Below, one piece after another: positions 48,289-59,786 of a stretch of 64,000 bases of DNA. This DNA is from Scyliorhinus canicula (lineage: Eukaryota). The position numbers and the translations under genes were made by a program. Position 1 is the stretch's first letter; every line of letters starts with the position of its first letter. Location: assembly GCF_902713615.1 (NCBI RefSeq), contig NC_052160.1, positions 137,186,737 through 137,250,736 on the forward strand, given 5' to 3'. Below the pieces are notes generated by a model. That model was not told the origin of the DNA. It made no database searches and saw only the letters and a list, made by a program, of their open reading frames with translations.

Positions 48289-48937
48289 AGCCGGTGGCGT
48301 AGTGGTATTGTCACTGGACTAGCAATCCAGAGACCCAGGGTAATGATCTGGGGACCTGGGATCGAATCCCACCACGGCAGGTGCAATTTGAATTCAATGA
48401 AAATCTGGAATTAAAAGTCTACTGATGAACTAATGCTGTTGTAAAGACCCAGCTAGTTCACTATAATAATAATCTTTATTAGTGTCGCAAGTAGGCTTAC
48501 ATTAACACTTCAATGAAGTTACTGTGAAAAGCCCCGAGTCGCCACATTCCAATGCCTGTTCGGATACAGAGGGAGAATTCAGAATGTTCAAATTACCTAA
48601 CAGCACGTCTTTCGGGACTTGTGGGAGGAAACCGGAGCACCCAGAGGAAACCCACGGGGAGAACGTGCAGACTCCGCACAGACAGTGACCCAAACCAGGA
48701 ATTGAACCTGGGACCCTGGAGCTCTGAAGCAACAGTGCTAACGACTGTGCTACTAATGTCCTTGAGGGAAGGATATCTATCATCCTTACCTGGTCCAGTC
48801 TACATGTGACTCCAGATCCACAGCAAAGTGATTGACTCTTAATATACCCTCTGAAAAGGACTCAGTTCAGGGGCAATTCGATGATGAATGATAAACGCTG
48901 GCCCAGTTAGCAATGCCCGCATCCCATAAACGAATAA
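48289..48937 (+). mobile_element. tRNA-SINE with L2 tail, interrupted by an antisense family B SINE (48464-48751, flanked by ACTA)
   Basis: Removing the nested SINE restores ctagttcactaatgtccttgaggg. Confidence 0.8.
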
Positions 48938-49264
48938 GTTTATGGTAAAATAGCAAGCCATTGGACCAAAAAGTCGATGCAGGTGTTATTCTCCTCACAA
49001 GCCTCCTCGCCCTTCTTTATCCAATCTCAATAGTTTATCTATTCATTTTACCTCCTGTGTTTATCTATGTTCCCTGCAAAGGGAATTGATTTACCGCATT
49101 CACTTTGACTACTCCCTGTGGTCCCGAGTTCCACATTCTGACCACTGGTAAAGAATTCTCCGGCATTCCCTCTTTCTCTCCTCAGGACTGGTCACGGCAA
49201 ATCGCCTCATTACATTTATGTGAAAGCTCAATAAGCACATGAGGGAGAAGGGAGTAGAAGGAAA

Positions 49265-49563
49265 TGGTGGCACAGAGGTTAGCACTGCTGCCTCACCGTG
49301 TCAGGGAGCCTGATTCTGTTCCAGCCTTGGGTCACTGTCAGTGCGGAGTCTGCACTTTCTCCCCGTGCCTGCGTGGGTTTCCTCCGGGTGCTCCGGTTTC
49401 CTCCCAGTATCCAAAGATATGCAGATTAGGTGGATTGGCCATGATCAATGCGTGGGGTTACGGGATAGGGTGGTGGAGCGGGCCTAGGTAGAGTGCTCTT
49501 TCGGAAGGTCAGTGCTCACTTGATGGGCCGAATGGCCTCCTTCTACACTGTAGGGACTCTATG
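49265..49563 (+). mobile_element. HE1-type V-SINE
   Basis: Head-core-tail homology to the other copies. Confidence 0.85.
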
Positions 49564-49679
49564 GAATGCTGCTCAGGTTAGATGAATCAGTTTGACCCAA
49601 TGACCTGTTCCTGGATTGGATTAAATCTATTACATCCTGTTCTGCAAATTGCCAAACATCATTCAGAGAATATTATTAC

Positions 49680-49732
49680 CTGATTATTGTTCATTGTCTT
49701 GTCTTTTCGATGAAACTTAACGCCGTTTGAAT
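49680..49732 (-). CDS. Gene B short cytoplasmic exon (DSNGVKFHRKDKTMNNNQ)
   Basis: aatttttcag| acceptor and CAG|GTAATA donor; phase 1 in and phase 0 out, exactly bridging the TM exon (phase 1) and the terminal exon (phase 0). Confidence 0.7.
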
Positions 49733-50224
49733 CTGAAAAATTACAATGTTATTGTTGGAAGAGCGTAACAGGGATGTTTAAACATACTTAAAATCTCTGA
49801 TCTGAATGCGTGTCGCAGTGAGCAAGACCTTATATTGATCTGCCTTCATACGGGCCTGCGTTGCACTCGTGTTTTCCCTATAGGCAGCGGAATTGTTCTC
49901 GTTTATGTTCATTATATTCAGAAGGAGTGGAGGTAATTCTTACACTTACCGTCTGACAGAGCAGAAAACTGCCTGCGATCATTGATTTTGAGTTTCATCG
50001 CATTTATTCTGTCAGATTACTGACCCAAATGCGAAATTGAAAATTAAACCCTGTTTCCCCCACCCTCATCCAATGTGTGTTTAGGGTTTTGCAGCACATA
50101 GATCCTTCAATTCTACGCTGAAAGGGAATTCTTATTCCATTGTGCTCTCAGTGGGAGACCAAACAGGGAAAAATCAGCCCCCAATTTAAACTCAAATTGC
50201 ATTCACCTTACCTTTGGATGTGAA

Positions 50225-51775
50225 TGGTCTTATTAGCAACAGACAGCATGGTTTTGTACGAGGGAGGTGTCTCACTAATTTAATTGAGTTTTTGAGGAGC
50301 TGACAAAAATGGTTGACGAGGGAAGGGCTGTGGATGTTGTCTACATGGACTTTAGTAAAGCATTGGACAAGGTTCCTCGTGGTAGGCTAGTGCAAAAGAC
50401 TAAATCACACGGGGTCAGGGGTGAACTAACTAGATGGATTCAGAATTGGCTTGGCCATAGAACAGTAAGAAGTCTTACAACACCAGGTTAAAGTCCAACA
50501 GGTTTGTTTCAAACACGAGCTTTCGGAGCACTGCTCCTTCTTCCTCAGGTGAATGGAGAGGTATGTTCCAGAAACATTTATATAGACAAAGTCAGAGATG
50601 CTGGACAATGGCCAAGCATTGTCCAGCATTCACCTGAGGAAGGAGCAGTGCTCCGAAAGATCATGTTTGAAACAAACCCGTTGGACTTTAACCTGGTGTT
50701 GTAAGACTTCTTACTGTGCTCCACCCCAGTCCAACGCCGGCATCTCCACATCTTGGCCATAGAAGACAGAGGGTAACAATGGAAGGGATCTTTTTCTGAA
50801 TGGAAGTCTAATGGTGTCCCACAGGGATCAGTACTGAGACCTCTGCTGTTTGTAATATATGTAAGAAAATGTAGCGGGTCTGATTAGCAAGTTTGCGGAT
50901 GATACTAAGATTGCAGAAGTTGTGGATAGTGATGAAGATTGTCAGAGAATACAACAGGATATAGATAGGCTGAAAAATTGGGCAGAGAAATGGCAGATGG
51001 AATTTAATCCGGACAAATGCGAGGTGATGCATTTTGGTAAATCTAATTCAGGTGGGAGCTATAAAATATGTAGCAGAACCAGCTGGAGCATAGACACACA
51101 GAGGGATCTGGCTTGCATATCCACAGATCCTTAAAAATGGCAGCACAGGTGGAAATGCTGGTAAAGAAAGCATATGGCATGCTTGCTTTCATTGGTCAGG
51201 GCATCGAGTATAAAAGCTCGCAAATTATGTTACAGTTATATAGAACGATGGTTAGACCACATTTAGAATACTGTGTCCAGTTCTGGTCACCGCACTGCCA
51301 GAAGGACATGGAGGCTTTGGAGAGAGGACAGAGGAGGTTTAACAGGATGTTGCCTGGTATAGAGGGTATTAGCTATGAGGCGAAATTGAATAAACTGGGA
51401 TTGTTCTCCCTAGAAAGACGGAGGATGAGGTGCGATCTGGTAGAAGTTTATAAAATTATGAAGGGTATGGATAAGGTGAACAGGTGGTGGCTTTTTCCCA
51501 GGGCGGAAATGACAATTACAAGAGGGCACAAGTTCAAGGTGAGGGGGGATAGGTTCAGTGGAGATGTGCAGGGGAAGTTTTTTACACAGAGGGTGGTGGC
51601 CTGGAATGCACTGCCAAGTGAGGTGGTTGAGGCAGATACGTCAGCAACCTTTAAGATTTATCCTGGATAAGCACATGAACAGACAGGGTATAGAAGGATA
51701 CAGGCGGTTGGTCTAGATAGGACACGTGATCGGCGCAGGCTTGGAGGACAGAAGGGCCAGTTCCACTGCTGTACT
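50225..51775 (+). mobile_element. CR1-clade LINE (RT region to tail) interrupted by a Penelope remnant
   Basis: VDVVYMDFSKALDKVP, KFADDTK, ORF 51113-51670. Confidence 0.9.
50463..50751. mobile_element. Penelope-like fold-back remnant (inverted pseudo-LTR arms) carrying hammerhead motifs
   Basis: Inverted arms of about 95 bp (cagtaagaagtcttacaacaccagg... / ...cctggtgttgtaagacttcttactg); CTTGGCCATAGAA duplicated at 50450-50462 and 50752-50764; CTGAGGA-stem-GAAA cores. Confidence 0.75.
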
Positions 51776-52618
51776 GTTTTTTGTTCTTTGTATGCAGAGT
51801 TAAAAGTGGGCTCTGTCTGACGACCCAACTGCCTTTGTTGGAGACAAGGAGAAACAACCTTACGTACCAGCAAACAAAATTTATTTACTCATCATACAAT
51901 GAAGCAAATAAAGTCCATTTTCTCAGAAAGGTCTACCTGGACAGTGCACAGCAGCAAACAGAATCTACTGTAAAAGGGTCCCTGCTAAATAGAGGAAACA
52001 GAATTGATGACCAGAACTAATTCAAATTCTGCTTCTAAAAACGGTTATTTCTCCAACAAAATCCAGCGTGGAAGATAGTTGTCATATTTGTCTGTATGAT
52101 CAATCCTCATCAGTTACAGCTGTGCCGTGTATAGGTTTAACGGATGCAGAAATCATCTTGACATCGCCAGGGCCTGGAATAGTGGTTTCGCTTTGAGAAA
52201 GAATCCTCTGGAATTACATTAACAATTGGAAGCTCATGTAAATCGTTGGTCCATGAACAATGTTTGTCTTAGGGAACCACATCCCTTTGAGACAATTCCT
52301 TCTGGGGCAATTGAAAACAAATGCGTTTGCTTACTCTTCAAGAGTTCTGTATCTCTCTGCTTCAAATCATGACCCCAATTTTTCCTAAAAGAACCTGATG
52401 ATTTTTACCATTCCTGGTGACAAAGCATTCCACACCTCAACAAGCCTCTGATCAAGGAAACTTCTCCTTACATTTCTCCCAGTAATAATTTTAAATTGAT
52501 GACCCTCCCCTCGCAGATTTCCTGGCCAGAAGAAATCATGTTCCCTCAGTCACTTGATCAAAGCCATTCATAGAACTGAAAATCTCTGATTACTGAGAAG
52601 AAAAAGGACAAAAATATG

Positions 52619-53365
52619 GGGCAGGATTATCCGATCCTGGAGCTATGTTTTGACGCCGTCGTAAACTCCGGAATGTTTTACGACGGTGTCATCCTGGCCC
52701 CTCGGATCAGCGATCCTGCTGCACCGGGGGATGGCCAGCACGGAACTGGAGAGCCTCACGCTGCTCTAGCTGCCGATACGGGCGTCAGCACGGGCGGCGC
52801 TAATTCGCGCATGCGCACCACGGACGCCGCAAGCTCGCGCATGCACACCATGGCCGGCGCGACTTCGCGCATGCGCGTGGGTTGCCGTCTCTGCGCCGGT
52901 CCCGACGCAACATTGCGGAGCCCTACAGGGGCCCGGCGCGGAGGAACATAGGCCCCCACCGGGATAAGCCCGCCCGCCGATCGGCAGTCCCCGACGCGGG
53001 CCAGGCCACCGTGGAGGCCACCCCGGAGTCGGATCTCCCCTACCCCCCCCCCCCCCCCCCCCCCCACCAGGCCGCCCCCCACAGCATGAACGCCGAGGTC
53101 CTGCCGGGCAGGACCACATGAGAACGACGCCGGTGGGACTTGGCCTCACTCGGCGGGCACTTGGCCCATCGCGCGAGGAGAATCGGCGGGAGGGGCTGCG
53201 TTGAGCAGCCCCCGACTGGCGCAGCGCCAACTGCAGCAGCGTCAATGGCGCTGATTCTCCGGTCGCTGGAGAATCGGCGGACCGGCGTCAGATTGGTGTT
53301 GCGTGATTCTTCCCCCCCCCCCCCGACGATTCTCCGACCCGGCGCGGGGTGGGAGAATCCCGCCC
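52619..53365. mobile_element. Harbinger-type MITE, TSD ATG
   Basis: TIRs GGGCAGGATTATCC / GGGCGGGATTCTCC; ATG on both flanks. Confidence 0.9.
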
Positions 53366-53473
53366 ATGGTGTAATACAGAAAAAGGAAAACATTATTTTA
53401 TTAATGTATAGTTTGTATGTATAAGGATGGTCATAAAGGTGTGTGATTACGCAATAATATTAGAAACATAAAA

Positions 53474-53702
53474 GGGCGGCACGGTGGCGCAGTGGTTAGC
53501 ACTGCTGCCTCACGGTGCCGAGGACCTGGGTTCATCCCGGCCCCGGGCCACTGTCCATGTGGAGTTTGCACATTCTCCCCGTGTCTGAGTGGGTCTCACC
53601 CCCCACAAACCCAAAGATGTGCAGGGTAGGCGGATTGGACACGCTAAATGGCCCCTTGATTTGAGAAAAAGAATTGGATGCACTAAATTTATGTAAAAAA
53701 AA
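53474..53702 (+). mobile_element. Family D SINE
   Basis: HE1-like head with an A-rich tail. Confidence 0.85.
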
Positions 53703-54333
53703 TATGAGGACCATAATTAATAAAGCAATGCCGTTAAACACCTATTTCCCAATGAAAGAGTTAAGGGATGGTTTCGACCAGAATCTTGCTGAATCTGGGC
53801 GCTTATAGAAGTGAAGCATTGTGAAAGATGGTCACATTGACTAACCTTCCTGTTATTGCAGCATCTGTGACAAGATGCAGCATTGTTTACACAACCTCCT
53901 CCTCTCAAACCTACACACAGAATTAATTGCCACAGAGTAAAAGTAAGATTAACGATGGGTGAAAAATGAGAAAATAACGGGTTTTCTAACCGTCTTGCTG
54001 TGCTGTCTCTACTTTAATTAACATCCCAGCCTACACCGTGTCATCTTTGGCGCTCAGCTTTTGGAATTACACATCTGGACTTAGCTTCAGATGTCAAAGC
54101 CAAACATCTGGATTCCTGCTGTACGTAGCTTTGGTTTCAAACTTGAACTGTTTCAATCAGGAGCTGTTTTTTTCAGAGTTGGTGTCACAGGGAGAATACT
54201 TTGGCCCACATAATTATTTTTGTATGAGTGCTTAAAGTGCTTTCAGCAAGTTCATGTGTGTATGAATATAAGGTAATAATTAACTCATTAACTCATTCTA
54301 TTCACGCTCCCTAAGCATATTGAGGACAGCCAT

Positions 54334-54549
54334 GATGTGGAAATGCCGCGTTGGACTGGGGTGAGCACAGTAAGAAGTCTTACAACACCAGGTTAAAGAC
54401 CAACATGTTTGTTTGGAATCGCTAACTTTCGGAGCACTGCTCCTTCCTCAGATGAGTCACTCAGGAGAGGGACGAAGGAGCTACACTCCAAACGTTCGTT
54501 ATTCCAAATAAACCTGTTGAACTTTAACCTGGTGTTGTAAGACTTCTTA
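54334..54549. mobile_element. Second Penelope-like fold-back remnant (opposite orientation, shorter loop)
   Basis: Same arms as 50463-50751; diverged flanking duplication ttgaggacag / ttgaggatag. Confidence 0.7.
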
Positions 54550-54569
54550 TTGAGGATAGAAATTTTGTG

Positions 54570-54890
54570 AACATCAACGGCTCTTCTCCACTGCGACCAT
54601 GACCATCTAGAAGGACAAGAGCAGCAGATACCTGGCAACCCCACCACCTGGAGGCTCCCCTCCAAGTCACTCGCCATCCTGACTTGGAAACATATCGGCC
54701 GTTCTTTCACTGTCACTGGATCAAAACCCTGGAACTCCCTCCCTAACAGCACCGTGGGTGTACCTACACCTCAAAGACTGCAATGGTTCAAGAAGGCAGC
54801 CCACCACCACCTTGTCAAGGCCAACTAGGGATTTTCAATAAATGCTGACCTAACCAGTGTTGCCCTCATCCCATAAATGAATAAAAGAAA
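54570..54890 (+). mobile_element. L2-clade LINE 3' tail
   Basis: ggaactccctccctaacagcac...gggattttcaataaatgctg...cccataaatgaataaa. Confidence 0.75.
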
Positions 54891-54929
54891 ACTTCTTTGT
54901 GCTCTTCATCTCTTATTAGTTCTTGGATA

Positions 54930-55620
54930 AACAGCTGACTGAGGAGGGCTCAGCAGCGGAAATAGGCATGCACGCTTCTGGATGCTCCTGTAACCAACTG
55001 CGTCACAACCTATCCCTCTGTCTTTCTGCTGGACAGGATGAGGCGTAACAAAAGAGATTGGGCCAAGAACTTCATCCCCTCTGTACCTTTCCGGAGCAGG
55101 CGGCAGAGCTGGCAGGGGAAGGGTGACACTGGGCCTGTGCTGAAGGCCACAATGACCTCCCACAACAACTGAGTTCAGAAGCATCCAGTCTCCATCTGCA
55201 ATATGCGGGAAAGGGCACTGAGCGATCTTTAATGAACGAGCCTGCTTCGTCAAGCACTAATTCACTCTTTTCTCTAGTCCAGGTACCAGCAGGAAATAGG
55301 GGAGGACATCATCCAGGAGGCGATGCAGCCCCAGCACCCAGCTCACCTCTGAGGAGAAAGCCTTTCCTCCGAGGGTAGAGGGTGCATTGCCATGGCATTA
55401 ACCTGCACCCTCCATCAGCACAGATACACACACCTCGGTGGGTCCTAGTTATAGATCAGGCTCAGGTTCGCAATCTGGTGATCGCCTCACAGATATAGGC
55501 CCACAGCTGGTGGAGGAGGTGACAGCCGAAGTCTCTGGCACTCCGAGGACTGCTGGAGACCAGGCCCCGACTGAGTCCAATTCAGATGATGAACCTCTGG
55601 ACTCGGCATAGCAATTATGA
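54930..55620 (+). pseudogene. Degenerate Harbinger Myb/SANT gene fragment
   Basis: Weak similarity to the RNKRE...PFEEQAAELAGE region of Myb/SANT transposon proteins; heavily decayed. Confidence 0.45.
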
Positions 55621-55646
55621 GCTGGATTCCCCATTTGGGAGGTTAT

Positions 55647-56832
55647 GGGCTGGATTCTCTGATTTCCGGGCTATGTCTGGAGGATCCAAGGCATTTTACG
55701 TCAAAAAAATTGCCGGCGCCCCAACACCGATCCTCCGGCTGGTGAGGGGCGAGCAGCCGTGCCACGTAAAACGCGTCTATGACAAAAACGGCTGGAGAAT
55801 TGCCGGGTCCGTGGCCGTGCATGCGCACGGTGATATCCTTCAGCGCCTTACAACATGGCCCCGGCCGTACACGAACCCGAACTGCCAGATAATGCCTTCC
55901 TGTCCACCCCCATGCCACCCCCCCACCAGTCCCCCCTAAGCCTTGCCGAAGCCCCCCAGGCCAGCAGCATGGCTCCCCCGCCCCGTGATGAACGCGTTTA
56001 GCCGGGTTTTTGCCGGTGTTCATAACGCCGAGAAACACCATGCTTTCTATCAGGACTCTGTTTCGATTGGGGGCTTCAACGGGGAACGTCCTGCCGGGGC
56101 CGCACTTAATCCCGTTTCCTGCACTCAAGAAATCTGCTCTCCGGAACGCCTCAGTGAGGGAAGAGATCAGGACACCGTTCAAAAATGGGGTCCCGCTCTC
56201 GCGACCCACCAACGCGACCCTCGAACCCCCTAAGCCCCATCTCAGCTATAAGGGGGTCCTCAGGCCCCCCTGCACCCTACACACATGCAGGGTACCCCCA
56301 GGCCTGATCCCCTCTGCGGGAAAAATGCCAGCCTGCCACCTTGGTACAGCTGGCCTGGCACTTCCCACCTTGGCAGGGCTAGTCTTGCACCCAGTGGCAC
56401 TGCCAGAGTGCTGGGCTGGCAGTGACAAGGTGCCTACATGGCACCAGCAGAGCCTGGTTACCACGCTGCCCAAAGGCAAGCACCTGGGGGCCTCCGATCC
56501 CCTGGCAGACCCCTACAAGTTGCGTTCTGTCTGATGCCCGTTTGTGGGGATCAGCACTGAACGGCTCCCGCCCCAAGTCTCCGAGGCAAAGGGATTAGAT
56601 CCCAACTCCCCGGGTAGATCAGTGCAGTGGATATTAGAGTGAGATGAGCTACGCACTCAAATATGCAGATTTGCAAAATCGTGATCCCGCCCACTATGGG
56701 TGGGATTCAGATCACAATGTCTCGCGAGATCTCACGAGGCACGGCGAGCCGGAAAGATCCCGGAAGAGCGACCTCCCGGCATCGACTGGCCGTGCCGTCT
56801 TGCCGGTGCAATGCGGCCGGTAGATCATGCCC
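55647..56832. mobile_element. Composite of two Harbinger-type MITE subfamilies
   Basis: Left TIR GGGCTGGATTCTC, right end GGTAGATCATGCCC; internal switch of subfamily near 55985. Confidence 0.65.
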
Positions 56833-56891
56833 ATATTCTGCAGCAAATTACTGACATGCAATGAAATGATAAAAGAGAAATAGAAACTCAC

Positions 56892-56980
56892 CCTTGTTGT
56901 TTTTCTTCAGGTACAAAAGTAGAAAAACGGCAAACACGATGAGAATGGCGCCCAGCACACCGAGCACAATGTAAATCAGA
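56892..56980 (-). CDS. Gene B transmembrane exon (uncharged): SLIYIVLGVLGAILIVFAVFLLLYLKKNNK
   Basis: Acceptor cctttcctgttctctgtatcacag|, donor G|GTGAGT, phase 2 to 1; 29 full codons, like the gene A TM exon. Confidence 0.9.
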
Positions 56981-57059
56981 CTGTGATACAGAGAACAGGA
57001 AAGGGTCAGTGTGGGTTCACAATTGATCCTTGGTCATTTGTTACAATAAAGTAAGTTTT

Positions 57060-57395
57060 ATACTTGTGGAGCATCTTTCAAGATTTCAGAACGCCTTACA
57101 ACACTTTACACAATGAAGTAATTTGAAAGTGTAGTTATTGCTGTAATGCAGTGAATTTGCACACAGCATGGTCACACAAACAGGAATGTGAGAGGGACCA
57201 GATCATCTGGTTATTTTAACGAGGAATACATTTTGGCTAAGCCTCTGGAGCAAACTCCCTGTGTTTCTTCAAATATTATTATCAAGGCTTGTTAGATCCA
57301 CCTGAGGGGGCAAATAGGGTTTAACATCACACCTAAAAGGTGGCACCTCTGGCAGCACAGCACACCCTCAGTACCGCACAGGAGTGTCTGCCGAT
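57060..57395 (-). mobile_element. Deu-domain SINE (SacSINE1-like) fragment
   Basis: Homologous to 36330-36670. Confidence 0.65.
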
Positions 57396-57400
57396 ATAAT

Positions 57401-57865
57401 GGCCAGAATTCTCCAGCAGTTCGCTGGCGGACGGATTCTCTGGACGTATTCTCTTTCCACTGATGAACATCTACAGAGTGAGTCAGGGTGTATTTACAGT
57501 ATCACACCTCCAGCACGTGGCTAAGAGCTAGTCTGGTTCAGTCAGACAGAGTAACCACACTTAGGTTAGCAGAGAGTCGAACTCACAGAGAACTGTGCTA
57601 ACTGTGCTACTGGTTCAATAAATCAGATTGAACTAACTTCAAGGTCTGGAGTATCTTTTGGTTAAAGCTGCATCCAGTTGCAGCTGGTGTTATCCCAGAC
57701 TACATAACACAACACCACCACGAGGACGGCCACCACAGCCGTGACGCCAAGCTCCCGCCAGCGGGAACTTGGCCGGTCGACCGCGGAGAATCGCCGTGGG
57801 GGCCTCTTTCAATGGCCCATTCTGACGCCCCATTCTCCGCCCACGAGGCTCGGAGAATCCCGGCC
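57401..57865. mobile_element. Harbinger-type MITE containing a nested solo LTR
   Basis: TIRs GGCCAGAATTCTCC / GGCCGGGATTCTCC. Confidence 0.7.
57461..57714 (+). mobile_element. 254-bp solo LTR, 4-bp TSD CCAC
   Basis: TGATG...CAACA termini; CCAC on both sides; internal AATAAA. Confidence 0.85.
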
Positions 57866-58030
57866 AGGCTCTTACTCACGCATAAAATTTTAACTGTAAT
57901 TGAGTGGGAAAAGGCAAAGAGAGAGAGTCAGAGTGGGACTGGGAATGAAACCTGTGGACAAAATGCCAGCCGTTGTATCTTTCCTATGAAAACAGCGCTA
58001 CTCAGAACACCAGCAACAAGAACATTGTAC

Positions 58031-58106
58031 CTTGGCGTAGATGTGGATGGGGCATGTGTAGTTGCTGGTGATACTGTTGAAGGACTTTCACAATAATATC
58101 CAGTTC
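58031..58106 (-). CDS. Gene B stalk exon (GTGYYCESPSTVSPATTHAPSTSTP), mucin-like
   Basis: Acceptor ttgttcccttgtttcaacag|, donor AG|GTACAA, phase 1 to 2. It lies in a different frame from the listed ORF 58002-58274. Confidence 0.85.
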
Positions 58107-58377
58107 CTGTTGAAACAAGGGAACAACATTCAGATTCACCTCATTTTCACTCGTCGTTAACTGAGAGATCATCATTGTGAAATGGAAGCGATAACAAGAG
58201 CCTGGATGATATAATAATTTGGATGATTTAATTTCTGTGTAATTTCCCTCCTTCTTATAGCAAGTAGAGTTCATTCTGATACCTGACTGAGCTCATTTGT
58301 ATGATAACTCCTGTTTCTTCTCCATACCTTGGCGTTGATGCAGCAGAGTTACGACAGGAGCAGTTAGAGGGTGGACT

Positions 58378-58950
58378 TATTACGGGCCAGGGTTTAGAGA
58401 ACCCCAAAGTCTATCATGGCGTTCACCTGACCCACAACTTTTAATAGATTTTGGTTATGGGGAGCACAAGGGCCCACTCTACTGGTGTGGTGCAGCAGAG
58501 ATCTAAAGTACTTTTAAAACAAAACAATGTTTATTATATGAATCCAGTTAACATTTTATAAACACACAGCAAACATCTGAGCAACTATCAACTCAAATAC
58601 TCCCCCCCAAGAATACAGTACTCTATAAGTAACCCTTAATCTTTCCTAGCAACAGCCATAAGACAAATACCCTCTTTAACAAAGACAGCAGATTGAAATT
58701 CTCTACTGAGAGCAGTTATCACTTTTAAATTAGCAAGTGATCTGAAGGCATTATTTTCATGTAGCGAGAGTTCAAAATTACACCTTGTTTGCTGGATGCA
58801 GCTCCAACACTGAAAATGAAACTAACACACACTGTAGCTGCCAGCTCAAAAACGAAAGTAAAAGCAGACAGACAGCCCAGCTCCACACACACTGACATCA
58901 CTGCAGCTATTTGATAAACACCAATTTATTTAAGGTACTCTCACATGACA
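58378..58950 (-). mobile_element. Solo LTR family L1x (copy 3), 4-bp TSD GACT
   Basis: GACT at 58374-58377 and 58951-58954; minus-strand termini TGTCATG...TAATA. Confidence 0.9.
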
Positions 58951-59199
58951 GACTACAATCCAGATATATCCTATGGAATGGTAAGGTACCCCTTGGATAA
59001 TGTTCTGTGACACCTTTGCGAGAGATTGGGAATCCTCTGGAATTGTTAAAATTGAAAATGGTGATACACTTTTTACGTACAAATGCATTGGAACTGTCAA
59101 GATGTCAAAGAACTGTCCAACTGTCAAGCACAGGTTGACCTAGTCAGTCATGGATAGGGCAGAGGTAGTGCTGTGCCCTAGCTATGAGGTGGTGAGGGC

Positions 59200-59520
59200 T
59201 GGTGGGCTATTTTTTTGTTTAAAATGGAAGTAATTTTGCCTCACCTCCATTTTAAATGGATGACCCCTTATTCTAAAACAGTGACCCCAGTTCTAGATTC
59301 TCCCACAAGAGGAACATCCTTTCCACATCCATCCTGTCAATGCCCCTCAGGATCTTAAATGTTTCTATCAAGTCATCTCTTAGTCTTCTCAACTCCAGTC
59401 ACACAAGCCTAGCCTTCCCAACCTGTCCTCATGAAACGACCTTCCCTGTCCAGGTATTAATCTAGTAAACCTTCCCTGAACCATTTCCAATGCATTTGCC
59501 ACTCTTCCTTAAATGAGGAG
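59200..59520 (-). mobile_element. CR1-clade LINE 3' fragment
   Basis: ctagttctagattctcccacaagagg...tcctcccttaaat motifs. Confidence 0.7.
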
Positions 59521-59786
59521 AACAATAATATACACAATATCCAATCAGATTCTGTTTTAATTTATGGGATAATTGGAATTTCTACAATGTTCCTACTTGT
59601 TTTGGGGAATATTTCTGACCATTTTATGTGAAAAATGCAAATCAATGACGTTGTTTAGAACGGCTGACAAACCAAATGAAGTGAATTTGGTCAACTCCCC
59701 AAATTCAGAATGACTGACGAAACTTAACCTGCGACCAGTTTGGATCAACATTAATTAAAAGTTCAATTGTTTACAGTAACACTTAC

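Noticed and set aside
51930-52000. Extra cytoplasmic exon of gene B
   Set aside because: Acceptor and donor-like sites exist, but the phase-1 frames hit TAG or give an incompatible exit phase.
58002-58274. Listed 90-aa ORF as the gene B stalk
   Set aside because: The splice-compatible exon (58031-58106) is read in another frame; the listed ORF is incidental.
46821-58950. The two co-oriented LTRs as ends of one provirus that captured the receptor exons
   Set aside because: Each LTR has its own complete TSD (CCTC/CCTC and GACT/GACT), and there is no PBS, PPT or gag-pol between them.
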